A DNA stretch of 64,000 nt from the IMG/VR virus record IMGVR_UViG_3300030118_003002, positions 1 to 64,000 of that record. One strand, written 5' to 3'. The notes under the pieces were generated by a model, which did no database searches, had not been told where the DNA came from, and saw only the letters and a list, made by a program, of their open reading frames with translations. Origin of the DNA: a virus. The position numbers and the translations under genes were made by a program. Positions 1 to 8,119 of the stretch are shown piece after piece (the first letter of the stretch is position 1; each line of letters starts with the position of its first letter).

Positions 1-6
1 AAGAAA

Positions 7-219
7 ATGAAATCTGATTCTCAAATAGAAAAGGAGATACTTGCAGAAATTAAAAAAGAAGGTGGGGCATTAGGAATGAAAAACCTAAAAGCAATTGCGC
101 CTAGAAAAGATTTACTAAGAATATTGAATGCTATGCTAAGAAAGAAAGTAATATATCAGCATAATGACGGAGACATTTATACTCATAAACCAAGTAAAGG
201 TAGGGGATTCACTGCATAA
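7..219 (+). CDS. small basic protein, possible winged-helix; may be 5'-truncated by the window edge
   Basis: Frame is open to position 1; helix-helix-beta-hairpin pattern (LLRILNAMLRKKVIYQHNDGDIY). Confidence 0.5.
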   Translation: MKSDSQIEKEILAEIKKEGGALGMKNLKAIAPRKDLLRILNAMLRKKVIYQHNDGDIYTHKPSKGRGFTA

Positions 220-247
220 ATTGGGAAGAATAAACTGAGGTGATAAT

Positions 248-649
248 ATGGGTTGGCAAATTATCCTCAAACAATTGGCTTGTCCTAGAGCAACTCAAGA
301 TTTGATGCTTAATACTAAAAATAGAGATGCCGCAGTTAAAAACCCTAACATTAGATATGGCCCACTTAATCTAGAAGATGAAGAATATTGGGAAGAATAT
401 GCTGAAAGATGGAATACTACTGCTGATGTAGCAAAAGAATCTAATTGTAGTAATTGTATTGCATTTGATATATCCCCAAGAATGGATGATTGTATGCCTT
501 TAACTACCGATGAAGATGGTCGCTTAGGATATTGTTGGATGCATCATTTCAAATGTCATTCTGCTAGAACTTGTTATACTTGGGCTAAAGGTGGTCCAAT
601 TGATGATGATAAAACTTCTAAAGAAAATCAAATGAGGGGTGAAAAGTAA
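248..649 (+). CDS. Cys/His-rich conserved viral protein with N-terminal WxxILK tag
   Basis: GAGGTGA SD; MGWQIILKQ start; CSNC...C...CWMHHFKCH...C. Confidence 0.8.
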   Translation: MGWQIILKQLACPRATQDLMLNTKNRDAAVKNPNIRYGPLNLEDEEYWEEYAERWNTTADVAKESNCSNCIAFDISPRMDDCMPLTTDEDGRLGYCWMHHFKCHSARTCYTWAKGGPIDDDKTSKENQMRGEK

Positions 650-1134
650 TGACTTTACAACAAAGATATGATAGTCTTGATAGACATGGCAAAAAACTCT
701 TTGATTATTTACGAGCCATGAATGGGACAAGAGTAACTGATTATAAAAAATTGACTGAAAAACAAATGTTAGATGAAGTTGATAAAAAAATGAGAGTTAG
801 AGATAATCAAGAAGAAGCAAATCGAATATTTTCAAAACCACGAATGTTAAAATGGCAAGAAGTTCTAAAGAAGAAAAAGAAACCATTCAAAGGCTACAAT
901 AAAAAGATTCATGCAAGAACGGGTGGGCTAAGTGCTAAAGGTCGTGCTAAGTTTAAGCGTGAACAAGGCTCTAATCTAAAAGCCCCTGTTACTACTAAAC
1001 CAAGTAAATTGAAGCGTGGTAGTAAAGCCGCTAAAAGACGCAAATCTTTTTGTGCAAGGTCAAGAGGATTTAAGCGTGATGATGGGACATACAGTGAAAA
1101 AGCAAAAGCCGCTAGAAGAAGGTGGAATTGTTAA
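649..1134 (+). CDS. basic viral protein; C-terminal half resembles the phage DUF6321-type domain
   Basis: GGLSAKGRA...SNLKAPV...RRKSFCARS...RRRWNC; internal KWQEVLK motif. Confidence 0.7.
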   Translation: MTLQQRYDSLDRHGKKLFDYLRAMNGTRVTDYKKLTEKQMLDEVDKKMRVRDNQEEANRIFSKPRMLKWQEVLKKKKKPFKGYNKKIHARTGGLSAKGRAKFKREQGSNLKAPVTTKPSKLKRGSKAAKRRKSFCARSRGFKRDDGTYSEKAKAARRRWNC

Positions 1135-1601
1135 TGTGGAGAGATTTGCTAAAGGCTGATTTTGTTGTTAAAACAAATTACCCCGAAGCGGATTTTTGGC
1201 TACAAAAAAGAGGTTCTGAACAGAATGTCGGAAAGCCCATGAGAAAATTTAGTGAGGTTCAAGGTAAATACAACATAGGAATTAAAATTCCTGAAGGAAT
1301 GAATAAAGAATATGTGTATGCACAATTAGCCGCTTTGTTCAGAAAAGGATATTGGAGAACACATTCTTATGGAACTTTGAATTTGCAACATATTAGAACA
1401 GATGATGTTAAGAAGATTTTAGAATCATTTGAAGATAAAGCAGACTACAAAGATACTACATCAGATAAAATAGAAAAGATATATGATAAATGGTTGAAGG
1501 ATTCTAAATTAGTTAGTCAGTTATTAATGTCAAGTAACTCTCTAATTAGAGAGGGTCGAGAAATTAAAAGGTTCTTACAGAAAATGGAGGACATGAGATG
1601 A
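1134..1601 (+). CDS. hypothetical protein with WxxLLK tag; possible HsdS target-recognition-domain-like fragment
   Basis: Start ATG overlaps previous stop (TAATG); MWRDLLKA; ADFWL..RGS...VGKP...YVY...GTLNLQHIR. Confidence 0.65.
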   Translation: MWRDLLKADFVVKTNYPEADFWLQKRGSEQNVGKPMRKFSEVQGKYNIGIKIPEGMNKEYVYAQLAALFRKGYWRTHSYGTLNLQHIRTDDVKKILESFEDKADYKDTTSDKIEKIYDKWLKDSKLVSQLLMSSNSLIREGREIKRFLQKMEDMR

Positions 1602-1747
1602 AATACAAAGACTATCAATGGTGTGGTCGTTGTTATTGTGAACGGAATGATAGACCATACGGTTTCTGCGAATCATGTTGGATAAAGCATGGTCGCCCCA
1701 AACACATGAAAGCATCTATAAGAGAGTCCAAATCTAATGAAAACTAG
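1598..1747 (+). CDS. 49-aa zinc-finger microprotein (not in ORF track)
   Basis: ATGA overlap, GGAGG SD; MKYKDYQWCGRCYC...FCESCWIKHGRP. Confidence 0.6.
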   Translation: MKYKDYQWCGRCYCERNDRPYGFCESCWIKHGRPKHMKASIRESKSNEN

Positions 1748-1758
1748 GGGTGTAATTT

Positions 1759-3408
1759 ATGGCTGATGGCAAGAGGCGATTTTCGTTTAGGCAATTATTT
1801 AGGCGTTCAACTCCCAAACCTGCTGATAGACAGATATACAACATGGGTATTCAAGAAAGACAGAATAACTACATGATGACTGCGCCTATCATTTATTCTA
1901 TGGTTCAACAATCAGTTATTGTTAGAACCTGTATTACTCAATTGAAACAGGAAGTGTATAGGAGAGGATATGTTTGGGAAAAGGCATACGATTCTATATG
2001 CAAAAGTTGTGGTAAAAAACACAACAGACCTGTAACTCAATGCTCAAGATGTGGTTCAGAAGATTTGAAGATGCCCGATGTAAAGCAATTAGAATATGCT
2101 GAAAAGTTCCTAGAAGGATATGTTAACCCATCAGAACAATTATTCATAGATGTATTGAAAGAATTAGAAGACGATTTGAATACTATGGATGATGCATATA
2201 TTGTTCTTGTTAAAGAATACTTTATTGACGGTAATGGTAAAATTAGAATGCACCGTATCAAAGAAGTATTTAGAGGCGACCCTGTAACCATGTTTATCTA
2301 TGCAGATGAAGATGGAGTAAAGGGAACAAAAGGATTTACTTGTATTAATCATAGAGATGTATTGCATACTGAACCTCATCATTCTTGTGAACAGTGCGGA
2401 GGCAATTTATATCCTGTTCATTATGTTAATAGAGCGAATGGTGACGACCAATATTTCTTAGAAGGGGAAGTATTACACTTTAGTAAATACAGTCCTAGCC
2501 GTCTTTATGGTTTCTCTCCTGTAATTACATTATACAATCATATTATGACTCTTATTGCTATGGAGAATTATGTCAATTCAGCATATACTAAGAGCAGAAT
2601 GCCAAGAGGATTGTTGGCAGTTCAAACTCGTAATTTAGATTCAATGAGAGCCTTTTGGCGTGGTGTTAAAGAGAAGATGGAGTCCGACCCTCACTTTATT
2701 CCTGTTATGGGTGTTGAATCAGATAGTGGCGGTAAAGGTGCTATTGAATGGATTAAGTTCATGGACAGTCTGAAAGAAATGGATTATATGTCTGTAAAGG
2801 ATGATTTAAGAGATAGGATTTCAGCATTCTATGGTGTCAGTAAAGTTTTCATGGCTGATAACACTACAAGCGGTGGTTTGAACAATGAAGGTATGCAGAT
2901 TCTAGTTACTAATCGTGCAGTTCAAATGGCGCAGAATGTGTATAATAATTATGTATTCCCTTACTTAGTTAAGCAATTTGGAATAACAGATTGGGTTCTA
3001 AAACTTCCTCCATCAGAAGAAGAAGATGAAATTGCTGAATTAAGGAAAAGAGAAATAGAAGTCAATATTGCGGCTTCTATTAAGAATTTAGGATTTGAAG
3101 TTGATATGGATGAAGAAGGTAACTTTACCTTTGAAAAACCAGAACCCGTTGAAGGTGAAATGGGAGAAGGCGGTAAAGAAGATAAACCGGCTGAAAAAGA
3201 CCCATATGCGGGAACAAACATTGATGCATCACAATTAGGACAAATGCAAGAACAGGCATTAGCGGCAGGTTCTAAACCACAGGAAAATCCCCCAGCCACA
3301 AGGAATAAAGCCTCAATGAATGTAGGGCCAGATAAGCGAATGTCAGGATTACCAGCAGAAGCAGGTAATCAAAATGTGGATAAAAGAACAGAAAGGAGAG
3401 TTGGTTGA
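1759..3408 (+). CDS. portal protein with Zn-ribbon insertions
   Basis: Portal-like motifs (EVLHF..SP..LYGFSP, ISAFYGV...NNEG), 549 aa, first large gene of head module. Confidence 0.9.
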   Translation: MADGKRRFSFRQLFRRSTPKPADRQIYNMGIQERQNNYMMTAPIIYSMVQQSVIVRTCITQLKQEVYRRGYVWEKAYDSICKSCGKKHNRPVTQCSRCGSEDLKMPDVKQLEYAEKFLEGYVNPSEQLFIDVLKELEDDLNTMDDAYIVLVKEYFIDGNGKIRMHRIKEVFRGDPVTMFIYADEDGVKGTKGFTCINHRDVLHTEPHHSCEQCGGNLYPVHYVNRANGDDQYFLEGEVLHFSKYSPSRLYGFSPVITLYNHIMTLIAMENYVNSAYTKSRMPRGLLAVQTRNLDSMRAFWRGVKEKMESDPHFIPVMGVESDSGGKGAIEWIKFMDSLKEMDYMSVKDDLRDRISAFYGVSKVFMADNTTSGGLNNEGMQILVTNRAVQMAQNVYNNYVFPYLVKQFGITDWVLKLPPSEEEDEIAELRKREIEVNIAASIKNLGFEVDMDEEGNFTFEKPEPVEGEMGEGGKEDKPAEKDPYAGTNIDASQLGQMQEQALAAGSKPQENPPATRNKASMNVGPDKRMSGLPAEAGNQNVDKRTERRVG

Positions 3409-3409
3409 T

Positions 3410-3739
3410 ATGACTTGGGAAAATATATTGAGAATTGAAAAGTTTAGAAATCCTTTTAAATCACAAAAAAAGGGAAGAGAAAAAATGCCTATCGAACTTT
3501 TTCAACGAAGGCATAGATTAAGTCCCGAAGTTATGAAAGAAGTTAGACAAAAAATACGACCATTAACCAATTTATACAAACAAAAAGTTCCTGAATTTGA
3601 GGCTAATGAAGAAAGCACACTTTGGATAATTTCTAAACATTTGACGGGCAAACAATCAAGAAATCCTGATGCTGATACTATTAATACCATAGATGAAATT
3701 ATTAGGAATTTAACAGATATGATAAATAGAAAAAGGTGA
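3410..3739 (+). CDS. hypothetical protein with WxxILR tag
   Basis: ATG 3410 right after portal stop; MTWENILRIEK. Confidence 0.7.
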   Translation: MTWENILRIEKFRNPFKSQKKGREKMPIELFQRRHRLSPEVMKEVRQKIRPLTNLYKQKVPEFEANEESTLWIISKHLTGKQSRNPDADTINTIDEIIRNLTDMINRKR

Positions 3740-3743
3740 TTAA

Positions 3744-3971
3744 ATGTCAGAAGATTTGAAACAAAAAGAAATGAGACTGAAAAAAGAACTAGCAAAGGTC
3801 AGAACGCAGAATGCGGCAGATAATCGAAAGGTAACAGTTAGCCGTGATTATTCCGTTGGTGGACTTCCACCGGACACTTCACACAAACCTATCAATTCAT
3901 CTAACGATGTTCCTGATGTGGTTCTTTTACCAAAGCATAAAAGAGGAAAAAAAGAGAATATACCTTTCTGA
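3744..3971 (+). CDS. hypothetical head-module protein
   Basis: AGGTGA SD, 75 aa. Confidence 0.7.
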   Translation: MSEDLKQKEMRLKKELAKVRTQNAADNRKVTVSRDYSVGGLPPDTSHKPINSSNDVPDVVLLPKHKRGKKENIPF

Positions 3972-3980
3972 TGTGATAAT

Positions 3981-6900
3981 ATGTCATGGAAAGCGGTTTT
4001 GGCAGGGCGTGAAAACGACCCATCCTTTTTACTCAAATCATTAGTTGAGGATATAGAAAAGGCTATGGAAAGACAACCAAGACCTAGCCCATACCCTGCC
4101 GGTATGGGAGAAGGAAAGAATATAGAGGGAGGTATTAATGACATTAATGATTTCGCTAATAGAGCATTGTATCTTTACTTCAAAGGAAGACCTAAAGCAA
4201 AAGACGGATATGGCAGACCTAAAGACAAACCTAAGTTATCCCCCGAAGACAGCAGAAAGTTGAGAATACAAGTAAAAGAAGGTATCAAAAAAGATATTGA
4301 GAATTATTACGAAGAACTGAAAAAGAAAGTTAGTTCTGAAAAAATAGATTGGAAAGAACTGAAAGAAGAATGGTTAATTGATAATTTTTATTTCAGTGTT
4401 CCTAAAGGTGAAAAAAGAACAATTAATAGGAAATTTTTTGATGATAAAACTGCTGAACTCCCAAAGAAATTAAAACCTGAAAATTTAGACCCTTTATCCC
4501 AACCTATTAGGCAAAATATCATTAGAGTGTTAATTGTAGGAGATAGAGAACTACAACCCGAATACAAAAAAGCAAAAGAAGTTTTAGCAGAAAGAAAAAA
4601 AGAGTTAAAACAATGGGAAGATAGAGAAAAGGGAATCCGAGATTCTGACCTTGAAGATTATAAAAATACGCTAAGTAGGAAAAAATCAAATGTTATGTTG
4701 GCTACACAAGATGTTAAATGGTTAGAAGGCCAAATTGCAGAAGTTAAAAGTAAGCAATTTTCTAAAAAGCAATTATTTGCACAGTATGGTGGAGAGGCTA
4801 AATTCAAAAAAATAATTAAAGATTCTAAAAAAGCATTTATTGATAAAATGAAAGAACAAGAAATCAAAGTAATTGATGATGCTATCGAAAAAATACAAAA
4901 TGAAGTTGTAAGGTGGGTAACATCTTCCGAAAGAGATAACATTACCTTTATGGAAATTTATTCTGACCTTGAAGGAAAATCAGAATTGAAACAATTAAAG
5001 AAATTACTTCAAGATGAAGAAATGAAATCATTCTTTAATTCTCTTGAGAAGGTTAGATACGAACTCCCTAAAAAATGGAAGAAAATGACACCGAAGGAAA
5101 AGAATGATTGGAAACTTCAAAACAAAAGAAAATTCCAAGACAGTTATCAAAGAATACTCAAGAACTTAAAGGCTCTTAAAAATAAGTATTCTAAAATGGA
5201 AAGTAACACAACGATTAAAAGAAAGATTGATAACATAACTTCTGTCATTAATACTCTTGTTAAAAGATTCGATATGAAAAATTGGTCTAAAAGCGATAGA
5301 GAAGCAGAAGAAACAAAAAGAGAAAGAGGAACTTCTTTCAGAAGAACTAGCGATAGATTAACTGATGCACAAAGAAAAGAAAGTGAAAAATTTGAATTAA
5401 CTGCATTATACGAAGTCTTATTTAGTGACCCTGAATTGCTAGATAAAGGCAACATTAAAAGCAAATTTAAATCTTTTCTCTCTAGCGGTGATGTTGATGT
5501 GAGCGCACCAACTAAAAAATTATGGAAAGATTTCACTAGTAAATTAGAAGTATTTACTAAATCCCAAAATCCAGAAAAAGATTTTGTTAAGTTTATTGCT
5601 TCCAATGAATTATATCTTATTGATGTGGTTAATCTTCTTCAAACTAAAAGAAATAAAACGAAGATACCTGCAAAGAAATTAGTTCTTCAAAAACCTAAAA
5701 AAGAGAAAAAAGAAGAGATTGCAAGATTACCTCCAAGTAAGCGTAGGAAAGAAAAAGACCCTTTCAAAAAATCATATGTTCCTAGAGAACATGGAAGGAT
5801 GGGAGAATTAGCCTCACTTGGACAAGGCACAGGTTATGTTCCTAGAGCGCATGGCGCAAAACAAGAAGTCACCATAGCAGGGAAAAAAGAATCAAAGCCA
5901 ATTGGTAGCAATACAAAGGCTATGGAAGAAAGAATGAAGAAGTTAGGCAGACAATATAAACAAAAGATGCGAACTGATTTCAAAAAATTAAAAGAAAAAA
6001 TGAATACAATCAACACAGATGAATTTGATAAATATTTTAGTGAAGCAAAATCTGTCATGGATGCTGATTTATTTGCTTGGATTGACAAAACCAATAAAGG
6101 TATAGGATTACGGCCTTTTGCTTATGATAGTGAAGATAAAGGTTTTTCTGAGATTGAAGAATCTTCTAAAAAAATAATGAAGTTATTGAATAGCAAAATG
6201 CAATATGAAGGGGAAGAAATTAAAGTATTGAATTTAATCAATAAATTGGCAAGAAAGGTTTACAAAAAACAAGCAGGTGCGATTGTGTCTGCAAAAAGAA
6301 AGAGGATTTCTGAAGGATTGAAAGAAATTAAAGAATCAACAATTAGAAATATACAAAATCAAAAGAAAGTCGATTTCGAAATTCCTAGATTATTAAAATT
6401 AAAATTCAAGCAAGAAGGAATAAAACTTAAAAAATATTTCTATAATATTTTTGAAGCAACAGATACAAAAGATGGATTTGAGATAGATTTGCCTGAATTT
6501 AATTCCGGTAAAGCAAATAATTTTATTCGAATATCAGAAAATCTTAGTAACGAATTAACTGAAATTGAAAAGAAGTTATTTGATAAATGGAAAGAAATAT
6601 CTGAAAAACTAACGGAAGAATCAAAAGAAGAAGATGAAGCGAAAGAAAAAAGAACTGTTGGTCAAAGAGTTGGAGCATTATATATCGCAACGAGAGAATT
6701 AAACAAAATAGAAGATAATATCTATGAATATGATGAATTAATAGATAAAACTATGAGGCAAATCGGAATATTAGAAGTTGAAATTGAGGCTTTTATAGAA
6801 TTGTTTGAAAAAGCACAGAAGAAAGGGTTTATATCAGTAGCAACTAAAAGAACTTTACCCGACAAAGAACAGAAAGCATTAGCAGCCAAATATAATGAAA

Positions 6901-7049
6901 AAATACAAGATGCTAAAAGAAGCATGAAAAGAAAACTCAAGTTAATTCCTAACTTTAAAAAAGCAATTAAAAAATTAGATAAGTTAGGCGAAGGATGGAA
7001 AAAATCTCTTGAAAATATTAAAGAATCAACTAGGGGGAAAGAAGAATGA
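3981..7049 (+). CDS. large Lys/Glu-rich helical protein (1022 aa), possible internal head protein
   Basis: Long ORF; N-terminus MSWKAVL...FLLKS...IEKA; no catalytic motif recognised. Confidence 0.75.
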   Translation: MSWKAVLAGRENDPSFLLKSLVEDIEKAMERQPRPSPYPAGMGEGKNIEGGINDINDFANRALYLYFKGRPKAKDGYGRPKDKPKLSPEDSRKLRIQVKEGIKKDIENYYEELKKKVSSEKIDWKELKEEWLIDNFYFSVPKGEKRTINRKFFDDKTAELPKKLKPENLDPLSQPIRQNIIRVLIVGDRELQPEYKKAKEVLAERKKELKQWEDREKGIRDSDLEDYKNTLSRKKSNVMLATQDVKWLEGQIAEVKSKQFSKKQLFAQYGGEAKFKKIIKDSKKAFIDKMKEQEIKVIDDAIEKIQNEVVRWVTSSERDNITFMEIYSDLEGKSELKQLKKLLQDEEMKSFFNSLEKVRYELPKKWKKMTPKEKNDWKLQNKRKFQDSYQRILKNLKALKNKYSKMESNTTIKRKIDNITSVINTLVKRFDMKNWSKSDREAEETKRERGTSFRRTSDRLTDAQRKESEKFELTALYEVLFSDPELLDKGNIKSKFKSFLSSGDVDVSAPTKKLWKDFTSKLEVFTKSQNPEKDFVKFIASNELYLIDVVNLLQTKRNKTKIPAKKLVLQKPKKEKKEEIARLPPSKRRKEKDPFKKSYVPREHGRMGELASLGQGTGYVPRAHGAKQEVTIAGKKESKPIGSNTKAMEERMKKLGRQYKQKMRTDFKKLKEKMNTINTDEFDKYFSEAKSVMDADLFAWIDKTNKGIGLRPFAYDSEDKGFSEIEESSKKIMKLLNSKMQYEGEEIKVLNLINKLARKVYKKQAGAIVSAKRKRISEGLKEIKESTIRNIQNQKKVDFEIPRLLKLKFKQEGIKLKKYFYNIFEATDTKDGFEIDLPEFNSGKANNFIRISENLSNELTEIEKKLFDKWKEISEKLTEESKEEDEAKEKRTVGQRVGALYIATRELNKIEDNIYEYDELIDKTMRQIGILEVEIEAFIELFEKAQKKGFISVATKRTLPDKEQKALAAKYNEKIQDAKRSMKRKLKLIPNFKKAIKKLDKLGEGWKKSLENIKESTRGKEE

Positions 7050-7411
7050 CATGGGATTATTATGATGAACAGGAAGAATATATTCTAAAGGAGAAAAAAT
7101 CTCCGGAAAAAACTATTCTTAATAGTTTAGATAGCAAGCAAACTAAGAAACTAAAAAAGACTTTACAAGCGGCAGAACCTACTGAATTTTTTGGACAGGA
7201 CTTCACTAAAATGGGTGAACTGATAGATGTTCTAAAAGAATTAGATTTTATGAAGTCGGACAAAAAACTCAACAAGCGCATGAAAAGCATGGATGAGCGT
7301 AACCTTGATATTGTAGCCACTGCTACCAAACTCCGTAAGGATTACGAAACCTTGTATCGTCAATTGCGAGAAATGATTTATCCAAAGAAAAAAGGTGGAA
7401 AAAATGAGTGA
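7046..7411 (+). CDS. hypothetical head-module protein
   Basis: ATGA overlap, helical 121 aa. Confidence 0.75.
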   Translation: MTWDYYDEQEEYILKEKKSPEKTILNSLDSKQTKKLKKTLQAAEPTEFFGQDFTKMGELIDVLKELDFMKSDKKLNKRMKSMDERNLDIVATATKLRKDYETLYRQLREMIYPKKKGGKNE

Positions 7412-7643
7412 ATTAAATGAAGATGTATTGGCGATTTTGAAAGCCTTAACTGATAAAATAGAACAACTAGAACAGACCGTATATCATAAGGACAACCTTT
7501 TGATGAAATCCGGTCTTGTAGTTACAACAAGTCCAAGCCCTAAAATGAATAATACCATTGGTAGTGCTTCTGCTATTGGTGATGTTTCAAGCATGGATTG
7601 GTCAGATATTCATAAAATGATGGAAAAGGTAGGTGGACAATAA
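7404..7643 (+). CDS. small coiled-coil protein sharing the scaffold C-terminal motif (mini-scaffold/adaptor)
   Basis: Ends SSMDWSDIHKMMEKV versus protease/scaffold ASMEWSDIHKMVNNI. Confidence 0.75.
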   Translation: MSELNEDVLAILKALTDKIEQLEQTVYHKDNLLMKSGLVVTTSPSPKMNNTIGSASAIGDVSSMDWSDIHKMMEKVGGQ

Positions 7644-8113
7644 TGCCGGAAAGAGTAACTAAAGAAGAAAGAATTGTTAGTCTTGCAATTGAAAAAGCAA
7701 GAAGGGCAAAGGAATTATTGCAACAAGAAAGTGTTCACGAAAGGCTTCCTCTTGATGATGAAATAGAAGTTGAGAAAATTAAAAGACCTAAAGTAACTAA
7801 TGTAAAGCCTAAGAATCAAACCCAAAAGAAAGAAGGGTATGGTCTTGCTGGCGAAACTACTGAACATAAAATCAAAAAGGCTGAATCAAATTTACCGGAT
7901 GAAGTAAAAAAAGCGTTAGATAAAGTGGCCGAAGAAATAAGAAAGGCTTTTGACGATGTTGACCTTAAATCTTTATTACCGCTTGTAGCACCTCAAGGAA
8001 GGGCAAGGCAAAGGTATTTTGATAAAGAAGAAATGATTGAGACATTGGTTAAAAAAGCGATTGATGCACTAAAAAAACAAAAGAGAACAAGCCGTTTTGA
8101 TGGGAAATTGTGA
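7643..8113 (+). CDS. hypothetical head-module protein
   Basis: TAATG coupling; 156 aa. Confidence 0.7.
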   Translation: MPERVTKEERIVSLAIEKARRAKELLQQESVHERLPLDDEIEVEKIKRPKVTNVKPKNQTQKKEGYGLAGETTEHKIKKAESNLPDEVKKALDKVAEEIRKAFDDVDLKSLLPLVAPQGRARQRYFDKEEMIETLVKKAIDALKKQKRTSRFDGKL

Positions 8114-8119
8114 TGACCT

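Noticed and set aside
1-1758. Terminase large subunit upstream of portal
   Set aside because: No Walker A or RNase H terminase motifs in the window; it presumably lies outside
7620-7643. C-terminal GG-x endings (VGGQ here, VGGV at 45247) as ubiquitin-like modifiers for E1/JAB
   Set aside because: Both proteins are coiled-coil, not beta-grasp, and the Gly-Gly codons coincide with the SD of the next gene
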